From NCBI GenBank assembly GCA_016217555.1, contig JACRHW010000016.1, forward strand, positions 8,845 through 72,844: DNA of 64,000 bases, written 5' to 3'. The position numbers and the translations under genes are program-made. This document shows, piece after piece, positions 27,967 through 37,347 of this stretch; the first letter of the stretch is position 1, and every line of letters starts with the position of its first letter. The notes below the pieces were generated by a model. It was not told the origin of the DNA, made no database searches, and saw only the letters and a program-made list of their open reading frames with translations. The DNA is from Parcubacteria group bacterium (GTDB taxonomy: Bacteria; Patescibacteriota; Minisyncoccia; UBA6257; JACRHW01).

Positions 27967-29310
27967 ATGATCTCGGCCATCAAAAAAATAGTACATCTGG
28001 AATCGGGACGTATCAGCACTTCAGCTTTTATTGTGGGAATGGGGGTTCTCATCAATGGCATTCTCTCTGTCCTCAGAAACTCCCTTCTTGCTTCATTTTT
28101 TGGGGCCTCCACAAATCTTGATGCTTATTTTGCAGCCTTCCGCATTCCTGATCTTATCTTTGTGCTCATTATTACAGGGGCACTTTCTTCGATATTCATC
28201 CCACATTTTTCAAAATATCGGGCTGAATCACAGGAAAAAGCATGGGATTTTACTACAAAAATTATTAACGGTTATCTTCTTTTTAGTGCACTCCTCGCCG
28301 GTATCCTTTTTTGGCAAATGCCACTTCTTATGCACTGGCTTGTGCCCGGATTTGAAGCAGGAAAAATAGCTCTTGCAATCTATCTTGCTCGATTACTTCT
28401 TTTGCAGCCCATCCTTCTTGGTGTTTCTGCTATCATTGCGGGAGCACTCCAGTCTCTTGGTAAATTCTTCATCACAAGCTGTGCCCCTATTATTTATAAC
28501 CTCAGTATTATCTTTGGTATCGTCGTCCTCTCTCCGCGGTGGGGCATCCATGGTGTAGTGATGGGAGTTCTTATAGGAGCATGTCTTCACGTAATTCTTC
28601 AAACACTAGTACTTGTCGAATCAGGATTTCATCACAAACTACGCATTCTTTCATATAAAGAGACTGCAGATATTTCACGATTAGTACTTCCTCGATTTAT
28701 CAATATCCTCCTTATCCAAACCAACTTAGTCCTCACCTTACGTTTTGTGTCCCACCTCGAGACAGGTTCCATAGCACTCTTTAATTTTGCATTTGATATC
28801 TATAGTTATCCGATAAATCTCGTGATAACCTCCCTTATTACCGCAAGTTATCCCTTACTTGCAAAACGCTTTCACACATCACCGAAAGAGTTCAAATACC
28901 TTTTCTTACAAATCTTTGGTGCTATTATATTTTTTGCATCTGCCTTTTTCTTGCTATTTGCCTTTCTGGGCACTCCCATTGTAAAATACATTCTGCAACA
29001 CGGAGCATTACATCAACAATCAGCACAAGTAATAGGTCAAATACTTTTCTCGTTAAGCGTGGGTATCGTCGCAGGAGCTCTCCTTCCCTATTTAGTACGA
29101 ATATGTTTTATCCTCGAGGACACAACACTGCCACTACTCACAAGTCTCTTGAATACCGTACTCTATTTCTTTTTAGGCCCCTTATTTTTGACCCGCTATG
29201 GGGTAGGTGGAATTGCTCTAGCGCTTTCGCTATCCCTCTGGTGCGATGTTCTACTTCTCACAATACTCATTTTTATAAAAATATTTTTACCCCCAAAAAC
29301 CAAGAACTAA
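27967..29310 (+). CDS. murJ: MurJ/MviN-family flippase (short, 447 aa)
   Basis: Multi-TM; N-terminal signature ...SVLRNSLLASFFGASTNLDAYFAAFRIPDLIF... Confidence 0.8.
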   Translation: MISAIKKIVHLESGRISTSAFIVGMGVLINGILSVLRNSLLASFFGASTNLDAYFAAFRIPDLIFVLIITGALSSIFIPHFSKYRAESQEKAWDFTTKIINGYLLFSALLAGILFWQMPLLMHWLVPGFEAGKIALAIYLARLLLLQPILLGVSAIIAGALQSLGKFFITSCAPIIYNLSIIFGIVVLSPRWGIHGVVMGVLIGACLHVILQTLVLVESGFHHKLRILSYKETADISRLVLPRFINILLIQTNLVLTLRFVSHLETGSIALFNFAFDIYSYPINLVITSLITASYPLLAKRFHTSPKEFKYLFLQIFGAIIFFASAFFLLFAFLGTPIVKYILQHGALHQQSAQVIGQILFSLSVGIVAGALLPYLVRICFILEDTTLPLLTSLLNTVLYFFLGPLFLTRYGVGGIALALSLSLWCDVLLLTILIFIKIFLPPKTKN

Positions 29311-29322
29311 CCCTTTGTTTAT

Positions 29323-31230
29323 ATGACTTCACGTGAAATTAGAGAAAAGTTTATTAGCTTTTTTAAGGAAAGGGGGCATATCCAAATCCCTTCTTCTTCG
29401 CTTATTCCTATGGGGGATGTAACTACGCTTTTTACGGGTTCGGGAATGCAGCCCCTTATTAAATATCTCTTAGGGGATCCGCACCCAGAGGGAAAACGTC
29501 TTACCAATTCACAGAAGAGTTTTCGAGCAGAAGATATTGATGAGGTTGGTGACAATCGCCACACCACCTTTTTTGAAATGCTCGGAAATTGGTCGTTGGG
29601 TGATTACTTTAAAAAAGAGCAGCTACGTTGGTTTTTTGAATTTTTAACCAATGAGGTAACACTTGATCCCGACAAACTTTATGTAACTGTTTTTTACGGA
29701 GATAAAGAAAACAACATTCCCCGCGACACTGGCTCAATCGACATCTGGCAAGAACTTTTTAAAGAACAGGGGATTGAAGCAAAAGCTATCGAACTTATTA
29801 CAGAAGAGCATGGTGGAGAAGTTGGTATGCAGGGTGGACGTATTTTTTACTATGATGCCAAAAAGAATTGGTGGAGCAGGGCAGGGATACCCGCCAAAAT
29901 GCCCGCACACGAGCCGGGAGGGCCTGATTCTGAGGTATTCTATGAATTCACATCAATAGAGCATAATCCCTCGTTTGGAGTGTATTGTCACCCTAACTGT
30001 GACTGCGGACGCTTTATGGAGATTGGGAATTCTGTCTTCATGGAGTACATCAAGAACGAAGATGGTACCTTTTCAAAACTCGTTCAACAAAATGTAGATT
30101 TTGGAGGAGGACTTGAAAGGATAACTGCCGCGTCACAAAACGATCCCGATATTTTTAACATCGATATTTTAAAACCACTTATTGAAGCCATACGTGCTCA
30201 TGCAAAAAATTCCAACATCCACTCCGAGCGTATTGTAGCCGATCATGTACGCGCAAGTATCTTCTTGATTAGCGATGGCGTAACACCTTCAAATAAAGAA
30301 CGGGGATATCTCCTGCGTCGACTTATTCGTCGCGCCGTAACCCATGGACAATATCTTATTGGTCTACCCAATGGTTTCCTTAGTACCACCATCGATACGC
30401 TTATTGCCGCGTATGCTGATGTATACCCAGAACTCGTTACTAATAAAAGCGTGATCAAGCAGGTATTCACAAAGGAACAATCCGCCTTCGAAAAGACCTA
30501 TCACAATGGCATAAAAACATTTGAAACTATTGCGCGAGAACAAAACACTATTTCTGGAGCGGATGCCTTCGCTCTTCTTGCAACTCACGGATTTCCTATA
30601 GAACTTACAGAGGAGCTTGCCAAACATGCAGGGAAAACGGTTGATCGTATCAGGTTTCAAGAAGAGATAGAACGCCACAAAGAGATTTCAAAAGCAGGAC
30701 AAGAAAAGAAGTTTGGAGGACACGGTCTTATCCTTGATACCGGAGAACTTAAGGCAAGTACCCCCGAAGAGGTTCAGAAGGTTACTCGGCTTCATACGGC
30801 AACTCATCTCATGCAACAAGCCCTCCGAGACGTACTAGGAAACTCGGTACATCAAATGGGGTCAGACATAACACCAGAGCGAACACGTTTTGATTTTTCT
30901 TTTGAGAGAAAACTCACCCCAGAAGAAATAAAAAAAGTGGAAGAAAAAGTTAATGAAATAGTGGCAAAAGATCTTCCTATACAATACAAGGAGATGAAAA
31001 AAGAAGATGCTGAAAAAACAGGAGCACTCTTCTTTTTTGGAGAAAAATATCCAAAAACCGTGAAAGTGTACTTTGCAGGAAACACCCTCGAAGATGCCTA
31101 TAGCAAAGAGTTTTGTGGGGGACCACATGTAACCCATACAGGGGAGGTAGGCACATTCAAAATCCTCAAAGAAGAAGCCTCCAGCGCCGGCGTCCGTCGC
31201 CTCCGCGCTATAGTATTTGACATATTATAA
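29323..31230 (+). CDS. alaS: alanyl-tRNA synthetase, truncated form lacking the C-terminal C-Ala domain
   Basis: 635 aa; FISFFKERGH..IPSSSLIP.GD.T.LFT.SGM; editing-domain HxxxH (TATHLMQQALRDVLG) present; ends ~230 aa short of typical AlaS. Confidence 0.88.
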   Translation: MTSREIREKFISFFKERGHIQIPSSSLIPMGDVTTLFTGSGMQPLIKYLLGDPHPEGKRLTNSQKSFRAEDIDEVGDNRHTTFFEMLGNWSLGDYFKKEQLRWFFEFLTNEVTLDPDKLYVTVFYGDKENNIPRDTGSIDIWQELFKEQGIEAKAIELITEEHGGEVGMQGGRIFYYDAKKNWWSRAGIPAKMPAHEPGGPDSEVFYEFTSIEHNPSFGVYCHPNCDCGRFMEIGNSVFMEYIKNEDGTFSKLVQQNVDFGGGLERITAASQNDPDIFNIDILKPLIEAIRAHAKNSNIHSERIVADHVRASIFLISDGVTPSNKERGYLLRRLIRRAVTHGQYLIGLPNGFLSTTIDTLIAAYADVYPELVTNKSVIKQVFTKEQSAFEKTYHNGIKTFETIAREQNTISGADAFALLATHGFPIELTEELAKHAGKTVDRIRFQEEIERHKEISKAGQEKKFGGHGLILDTGELKASTPEEVQKVTRLHTATHLMQQALRDVLGNSVHQMGSDITPERTRFDFSFERKLTPEEIKKVEEKVNEIVAKDLPIQYKEMKKEDAEKTGALFFFGEKYPKTVKVYFAGNTLEDAYSKEFCGGPHVTHTGEVGTFKILKEEASSAGVRRLRAIVFDIL

Positions 31231-31273
31231 ATTTAATGCTATAATCACAGCAGAAAACTGGAGGAGGTTACTT

Positions 31274-31516
31274 ATGGAAAATTATCGTGATGAACGGGTT
31301 CTGTATCAGGCAATTCACGACGAAGGAAAAATAAATCCTAATCTGGTATGCGCTTCTTCGTTTTCACAAGCGATACAGATAAGTCCGGATAGGGTATTTT
31401 TCAAAATGCAGTTTTATGGACAAATGGGGATGGGTCTTTCAGAAAAAGAGCTCCTTACCATTCCGCAGGCGCGAAGCAGGGTGTTGTCAACCTCGAGTGC
31501 ATACGAGTTGGGTTGA
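31274..31516 (+). CDS. small hypothetical protein
   Basis: 81 aa from ATG preceded by strong SD ggaggagg; C-terminal codons overlap the GTTGTCAA hairpin. Confidence 0.4.
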   Translation: MENYRDERVLYQAIHDEGKINPNLVCASSFSQAIQISPDRVFFKMQFYGQMGMGLSEKELLTIPQARSRVLSTSSAYELG

Positions 31517-31520
31517 CAAC
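31483..31520. repeat. GTTGTCAA...TTGACAAC hairpin (second instance)
   Basis: gttgtcaacc tcgagtgcatacgagtt gggttgacaac. Confidence 0.5.
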
Positions 31521-31597
31521 GGAGTGCCTGCGGATGAGTTCGGATACCGCTGGGTATCCGAACGTGTGAGGAATATATGTGTTGTGATTCAAAACTA

Positions 31598-33355
31598 CTA
31601 CAAGCCCTCCAGTGTATAAACTTGTAGCGGCTCTTTGCGACCCTTTACGGATACCGCGCCCATTGGTTTGAAGGCGTATTTGCCTTTGATTTTATTTTTT
31701 GCGCTTTCTCCTATAAGAAGTGTGGTGTGAAGTTCCTTGTTTACCCCCTCGAGGCGAGAGGCGACGTTTACGGTATCCCCAATAACGGTATATTCCATTC
31801 TGATCTCCGATCCCACATTCCCAATAATGACAGGTCCCGTATAAATTCCAATACCAAACCTAATTTCTTTTATACCTTCGGCTCTGAGCTCTTCATTGAA
31901 TTTTTTTAATCGCTCGATCATGCCAAGTGCTGCCTCTATGGCGTGATCTGCATTATCAGGGTCATCCATAGGAGCACCCCAATACGCCATCACCGCATCT
32001 CCAATATATTTATCGAGAACACCCTTGTGTTTTAAAATTTCATCGGTCATTGCGGTGAGGTATCTATTTAACACACGAATAAGTTCTTTTGGTGTTACCG
32101 TCTCAGAAAATGTAGTGTAGCCTCTAATGTCGGAAAACAATATGGTAACCTCTTTCTCCTCGCCCCCCAAAGAAACCTTGTCAGGATTTTTGATAATATA
32201 TTCGAGTACGTCCGTGGCAACATATTTTGAAAACATTTTTCGCATTTCACGTCGTTCTCGTTCGGTCGTAAAATAGGTGTATCCAAAAAGCGAAAGTGTG
32301 GAAAAAATCCAGCCAAGATTGAGGTGAATAATATTTGCCACCAAGCCATTTTCAAAAAGAAGTATGGCAATAGTGGTATGTATTCCACCCAATACTACGT
32401 TCACAAGAAGAGGACGTGAGACGCCCTTAAAACGTCGGAACACCAAAACAGGGAGAAGGATGGTAATAATAATCCAGATTTGCATCGCTTTCGTAGCTAT
32501 GGGCACAAGGCTGTACCCACGAGAGAGCATATTAATAATATTTGCCTGTATCTCAACCCCTGGCATCTCGATACCTCGTGATAGGGGAGTAAGCTTTGTA
32601 TCGTGTAGATCGGGAGCGGTGGCACCGATAAGGATAATTTTATTTTGAAGTGCAGAAATAATAGTGCCATCCTCCAGCACATCAGAAATATGCCTTCTTA
32701 CAATCGTACCGGGTGCTCTTGAATAAACGATACGCGATGTTGCCCCAAACACTCTTTCGCTAGGAAGAGTCTTTTGAATTCTTGAAAGCACCTCATAACC
32801 AAAGGCACGTACTTTATCCCCCTCGTGCAAAAGAATGTTGATAGGGATCCTACGTACAATACCATCGGGATCTAAAATAAGATTAGTGTGTCCGATTGTT
32901 ACGTTTGGAGATGCAAGAAAAGAGGGAAGAGGGGGGCGTAATATCCCCGCACGAGGCAACATTCCACTATCTAACAAAAGCGGGTCCGCCTCCGCCGACA
33001 ATATAACTGGATATGATGTGGAAGCAAGTGCTGTCGCTAATACCGCATCATCAAATTCACCAAGACGAGACCTTTCCAAAAATGCGACATCTACTCCCAC
33101 CGCCTTCGGATGAGCACTCTCCAAAATTTTTAATATGTGCGCATAAATCTCTCTCGGCCATGGCCACTGGCCTATACGACCAATCGAATCGCTATCGATG
33201 GCAAGAATAACGATATCATTATTGAATGGTTTTGTTGTAACAAGAATGTCTTCGAGGGAGTTTTCGAATTTCGTAAATAAACCATAAGAAAAAGAACCCT
33301 CTACAATGAGAATAACGCATGCCACGATTCCAAACAAAAGAAGACTCTTCTTCAT
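31598..33355 (-). CDS. CHASE2 sensor domain-containing class III adenylate/guanylate cyclase
   Basis: 585 aa; signal/TM, periplasmic CHASE2-type region, 3 TM, then cyclase motifs FSDIRGYTTFSE, KYIGDAVMAYWGAP, GIGIYTGPVIIGNVGS. Confidence 0.85.
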   Translation of the reverse strand: MKKSLLLFGIVACVILIVEGSFSYGLFTKFENSLEDILVTTKPFNNDIVILAIDSDSIGRIGQWPWPREIYAHILKILESAHPKAVGVDVAFLERSRLGEFDDAVLATALASTSYPVILSAEADPLLLDSGMLPRAGILRPPLPSFLASPNVTIGHTNLILDPDGIVRRIPINILLHEGDKVRAFGYEVLSRIQKTLPSERVFGATSRIVYSRAPGTIVRRHISDVLEDGTIISALQNKIILIGATAPDLHDTKLTPLSRGIEMPGVEIQANIINMLSRGYSLVPIATKAMQIWIIITILLPVLVFRRFKGVSRPLLVNVVLGGIHTTIAILLFENGLVANIIHLNLGWIFSTLSLFGYTYFTTERERREMRKMFSKYVATDVLEYIIKNPDKVSLGGEEKEVTILFSDIRGYTTFSETVTPKELIRVLNRYLTAMTDEILKHKGVLDKYIGDAVMAYWGAPMDDPDNADHAIEAALGMIERLKKFNEELRAEGIKEIRFGIGIYTGPVIIGNVGSEIRMEYTVIGDTVNVASRLEGVNKELHTTLLIGESAKNKIKGKYAFKPMGAVSVKGRKEPLQVYTLEGL

Positions 33356-33366
33356 TTTTAAGTATG

Positions 33367-34605
33367 CTAATCTATTGCTCCTGGTGGGATGGGTGTCTCA
33401 GGAATAAAAACTTTTAAGATTTGAGTTTGTGCCCTAAAGATACTTCCTGTTACTTGATCTTTCCATGAAGCGGTGATAAATCCCTCCCCGGAACCCGTTT
33501 GTTCCGAAGAATTTTCATCGAGTTGAGCAGTAAACACGCCCTGCTTTGTTATAGTACCGATGGAAACGTTTGACGAGGTTCGCACTCTCCATTCTACCTC
33601 CCCCGTTACATCACGATCCTGTCCACTCGAATCAGTTCTGACGAGAAAGGCCTTGAAGGAGACAGAAGAATCAACAGGTATCTCTTTATTAGGATCGTTG
33701 TGTTCATATGAAATACGAAGTGCTTTAAATTCAGGGACAATTTCAGAAGACGAGGTTGTTGCTGTATTATTTTCTTGTTTTATTACTGGCTGATTAGCCT
33801 GGTTATTAATAATATTCTGTCTAAAGTCATTGGAACTTGGAGATAGACCTTCTTGCTCGATTTTTGTCTTTATATCCTTCTGTGAAGATTCTTCAACCCA
33901 CACCCCAACATCCTTCGGTGCGTCTTTAATATCCTGAACAACTACAAGTTGTCCTACGGGTTCATTGTTTTCCACTACTCGCTGGACAATTTCATCTGTA
34001 AGTACTGTTGTTTTATGTTCTTCAATAACCGCAACATCCTTTCTTACAACAACCCCTTTATTCACCATACCCACACTCACCTTATGTTCTCCTCCCACAA
34101 CGCGTGATTGTTTGGTTTTTGGATCATACGCCATACCAAAAGCAGTACCACGCACCGTAGCAACAGCATTAGATGTCTTCACCTCCCATGTGGATTCTGG
34201 GGTAGCAAGAGAGAAAATTTTAGACCACACTCTTCCTATTAAAAGCTGAACCTTAACCACAAGAGCCTTGGACTTAGGGTCATACGAAGCTGCATCTATT
34301 GTAATCTTTGTTCCCGTGTCCAGCCTGGCAACTGAACCATCGGGAAAATAAATATTAGCTTCACCACCCTTCTTGACTTCGACAAGTGCACCCGCGTCGA
34401 CTTCATCTCCTGTTTTGAGTTCTCTCTTCACGCTTCCATCTGCACTTGAGACAAAAACAGAAGGAGCAACTACCTCTACCCATGGCTTGAGAAGAGGTTG
34501 TTCGATGGCTTGTTGCCCCTTGTGTAATGACGTATATCCCATCCACCCAAGCCCAAACACTATTGCGAGGATACCTATTCCAATACCTATTTTTTTAAAT
34601 GACAT
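33367..34605 (-). CDS. FecR-domain membrane-anchored protein
   Basis: 412 aa; N-terminal TM; ...SNAVATVRGTAFGMAY... FecR-like beta core; immediately upstream of and co-oriented with the CHASE2 cyclase. Confidence 0.65.
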   Translation of the reverse strand: MSFKKIGIGIGILAIVFGLGWMGYTSLHKGQQAIEQPLLKPWVEVVAPSVFVSSADGSVKRELKTGDEVDAGALVEVKKGGEANIYFPDGSVARLDTGTKITIDAASYDPKSKALVVKVQLLIGRVWSKIFSLATPESTWEVKTSNAVATVRGTAFGMAYDPKTKQSRVVGGEHKVSVGMVNKGVVVRKDVAVIEEHKTTVLTDEIVQRVVENNEPVGQLVVVQDIKDAPKDVGVWVEESSQKDIKTKIEQEGLSPSSNDFRQNIINNQANQPVIKQENNTATTSSSEIVPEFKALRISYEHNDPNKEIPVDSSVSFKAFLVRTDSSGQDRDVTGEVEWRVRTSSNVSIGTITKQGVFTAQLDENSSEQTGSGEGFITASWKDQVTGSIFRAQTQILKVFIPETPIPPGAID

Positions 34606-34617
34606 GGTTATGATGAG

Positions 34618-35103
34618 TTACTTAATTCCCAAAAGTTCTACCTCAAACGTAAGTGTTGCCTTGGGTGGAATTGCTCCAGGAGCTCCACGATCCCCATAAG
34701 CGAGAGAAGGGGGAATTACTAATTTTCTTTTTCCACCAATCTTCATTCCAAGAACACCCTCATCCCACCCCTTGATAACCTGCCCAGCACCCAAAACAAA
34801 AGAAAAAGGTTGACCTCTCTCATATGAACTATCGAATTGCACCCCATCAGCAAGAACTCCTCGATAATTAACAACTGCAGTATTCCAAAGAGAAATTTCC
34901 TTTCCCGTTCCTACAACAAGATCTTCTTTAACAAGTTTAGGCTCCTCAACCTTCTTTACCTCCTTAGGTTCTGTAGAGCTCACCGTAGAGGTTGCGGTAC
35001 TTCCTAAATCTTTTTTTTGCACCACTTGTGGTGAGCGAAGTCGAACCACAAAGATAAGAGCGAGAATAAGAGCAATAAAAAGAATAAGATATGTTTTATT
35101 CAT
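34618..35103 (-). CDS. FKBP-type peptidyl-prolyl cis-trans isomerase (membrane-anchored/secreted)
   Basis: 161 aa; N-terminal hydrophobic segment; ...[59 protein letters not shown]... Confidence 0.85.
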   Translation of the reverse strand: MNKTYLILFIALILALIFVVRLRSPQVVQKKDLGSTATSTVSSTEPKEVKKVEEPKLVKEDLVVGTGKEISLWNTAVVNYRGVLADGVQFDSSYERGQPFSFVLGAGQVIKGWDEGVLGMKIGGKRKLVIPPSLAYGDRGAPGAIPPKATLTFEVELLGIK

Positions 35104-35164
35104 AAATAGATAATTTTTTATTAGTTGCTTTATTATACTATAAAGAATATTTTGTTTCCACGCA

Positions 35165-35190
35165 ATAAAAAACCGGCAATTGCCGCCGGG
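35165..35190 (-). terminator. rho-independent terminator after small ORF 35211-35435
   Basis: minus-strand reading: cccggcggcaattgccggg stem followed by ttttttattg. Confidence 0.7.
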
Positions 35191-35210
35191 ATACTATGTT
35201 ACATTATTGA

Positions 35211-35435
35211 TTATTGACTGAAATTCAGTTCGTCTGGTCTTCGATTATGTCCATAATTTACAAGACCACCATTTTCCTTCTTCTCAACAAGAAGACCCCC
35301 TGCTCGCAACCTATTACAAATAATCTTTTCAAGACTTACTCCACATAGTCCGGAATCGATTTGCGCTTGATGCTCTTTCAGGGCTTCACAAACGATTTTT
35401 TCAGCTTCACCACATGTTTCTTGGTTTTTCATCAT
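35211..35435 (-). CDS. small Cys-containing hypothetical protein
   Basis: ~72 aa; strong SD aaaggaggtga immediately upstream; 4 Cys (ETCGEAEKIVCEAL...GLCGVSLEKIICN); terminator follows. Confidence 0.55.
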   Translation of the reverse strand: MMKNQETCGEAEKIVCEALKEHQAQIDSGLCGVSLEKIICNRLRAGGLLVEKKENGGLVNYGHNRRPDELNFSQ

Positions 35436-35456
35436 ATCACCTCCTTTCGTTCTAGG

Positions 35457-35741
35457 TTACCAAAGGGCATAGGGGGTATTAGACCTTCCCCGTACCACCT
35501 TATATTCAAAATCTGTCCTTCCAAGAACGTACTCTATCAACTCACGAGCGTGTTGACCCTCGAGAGCAAGACGGCAAGAGGAGGGGTCGTCGCTATTACA
35601 GCAACTAGAGTAATATACATTGACTCCTCCAATAATTCTTGCCAGCAACTTAATGCAAGAATAGGCGATTCCCCCAAACGGTTGAAAACGAATCAACGTA
35701 TATGTTTTTTCCTCAATGTCTAGCTGCTCTTGCCTAACCAT
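35457..35741 (-). CDS. small Cys-containing hypothetical protein
   Basis: 94 aa from the ATG preceded by SD agggaggt (track ORF extends to 35780); 5 Cys incl. YYSSCCNSDDPSSC. Confidence 0.5.
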   Translation of the reverse strand: MVRQEQLDIEEKTYTLIRFQPFGGIAYSCIKLLARIIGGVNVYYSSCCNSDDPSSCRLALEGQHARELIEYVLGRTDFEYKVVRGRSNTPYALW

Positions 35742-35846
35742 CTTGTTACCTCCCTTTGTGCTGTTGTGAGAATAGCACAATAGCCATATTATGTCAAAAA
35801 AAACTGTGGATTGTACTACACAACAGTTATCTGATAAAATAAAGGC

Positions 35847-37226
35847 ATGCTAGACAACGATAAAGAACATCTCATCTTCGACATAAAACCAAAACATATG
35901 GGGGAAAGGGCAGAAACCCCCATTGAGGAGCTTTATAAAGAAGAGGAGCAGGAAGAGACACATAAAAAATTGGGTTTTTTAAGTCGGCTTCGTAAAAAAG
36001 AAAAACCAACAACAAAAGAAAAGAAATCGAAAACGAAACCTGAACCTGAACCAGAACTCGAGGAAGAAGAACAGGAAGAAACCATCCCAGAAAAAAAATC
36101 CTATAAAAAAATCCTTATCATCACTTCGATCTTCATCGTAGGTTTTGTCATCCTTTACATAGGAACGGCGGTACTTCCAAAGGCAATGCTCACCATTCAC
36201 GCAAAGCGAGTAGAAAAATCGATAAAAGCCGCAGCCACAGCTTCGACAGAAATAACTTCGGTAGATATTGAAAATCAAAAAATTCCGGCACGTGTCTTCG
36301 TCTTCAAACGCACTCTCACAAAGGAGTACCCAACAAGTAAACAAACGGTAACCCAAAAAGCAACAGGGGTTATTACCATCTATAATGCGTATTCGGGCGC
36401 CTCCCAAAGACTGGTTGCAACAACCCGTTTCCGTTCTCCTAATGGGAAAATTTTTAGAATAAATACAAGCGTGACAATACCGGGGGCAAAGATAGGTGGT
36501 GGAAGTATAACCCCCTCCTCAATTGACGTTCCCGTTACTGCCGACAAACCTGGTGCTGAATACAATATGGAACCCACGACGTTTACCATTCCTGGATTTG
36601 AAGGATCGCCAAAATATAAAGGATTTTATGGGAAATCCGCTAGGGCAATGGCGGGAGGATCGCAGGGTAATGCACAAGGAGTAAATGATTTGGATATCCA
36701 AAAAGGAAAGGCGGATCTTGTGCAAGGCGCAAAAGAACTTCTGATGACCGAACTTACAGAAAAATCAAAAGGATATATTTTTATGGATGGGGCCACCGTC
36801 TATAAAGTCGCGGGCGCATCTACAAATCATAAATTAGGAGAATTGGCGCCCACGTTTCAACTTACAGGAACCGTGGAATTACGTGCTATAGGTTTTAAAG
36901 AAGATGATGTAAAAATACTTGCAAAAAAATTACTCGAAGCACAACCGGACGCAAAAGAATTTATCGATCTGTCCATTACCTATGGCACCTTGCGCGTAAA
37001 TGACAATATTACCCTTGCAGCCTTTTCTTACGATGCAACATCCGCTATGCGAGAAAAGATAGATACCGAAGAATTAAAAACGCGTATTAGAGGAAAGGGA
37101 ATGAGTGAGATGAAAAGCATCCTGGCAAAATACGACTCCATAGCAAACGCAAAGGTGTCCCTCTGGCCCTTCTGGGTAACAAGCGTGCCCACTAATAAGG
37201 ACAAAATAGGAGTAACTATTGATTAG
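35847..37226 (+). CDS. hypothetical single-pass membrane protein with charged low-complexity N-terminus
   Basis: 459 aa; N-terminal E/K-rich region (KPEPEPELEEEEQEE), one TM (ILIITSIFIVGFVILYIGTAVL), ~340-aa extracytoplasmic domain without known motifs. Confidence 0.55.
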   Translation: MLDNDKEHLIFDIKPKHMGERAETPIEELYKEEEQEETHKKLGFLSRLRKKEKPTTKEKKSKTKPEPEPELEEEEQEETIPEKKSYKKILIITSIFIVGFVILYIGTAVLPKAMLTIHAKRVEKSIKAAATASTEITSVDIENQKIPARVFVFKRTLTKEYPTSKQTVTQKATGVITIYNAYSGASQRLVATTRFRSPNGKIFRINTSVTIPGAKIGGGSITPSSIDVPVTADKPGAEYNMEPTTFTIPGFEGSPKYKGFYGKSARAMAGGSQGNAQGVNDLDIQKGKADLVQGAKELLMTELTEKSKGYIFMDGATVYKVAGASTNHKLGELAPTFQLTGTVELRAIGFKEDDVKILAKKLLEAQPDAKEFIDLSITYGTLRVNDNITLAAFSYDATSAMREKIDTEELKTRIRGKGMSEMKSILAKYDSIANAKVSLWPFWVTSVPTNKDKIGVTID

Positions 37227-37347
37227 GACCCACGCATTCGGCGCATTACTTCGTCAAACGCTGTGGTACTCAACGCAGTACTTCTTATGTACAGCTTATT
37301 CCGTTTCTCGCGTTTTCCTCATACTGCATCCGAATGCGTGGGTCCTA
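37224..37347 (+). other. large perfect hairpin (18-bp stem, ~88-nt loop) starting at the stop codon of gene 35847-37226
   Basis: taggacccacgcattcgg ... ccgaatgcgtgggtccta; loop contains inner hairpin gtactcaacgcagtac. Confidence 0.7.

Noticed and set aside
33965-34699. Plus-strand ORFs 33965-34249 and 34373-34699
   Set aside because: They are antisense to the FecR-domain gene and have T/S-rich low-complexity translations; no support.
35979-36407. 142-aa minus-strand ORF containing FRFRFRFRF
   Set aside because: It is antisense to the E/K/P-rich low-complexity coding region (gaacctgaacctgaa...) of gene 35847-37226, and a frame artefact.
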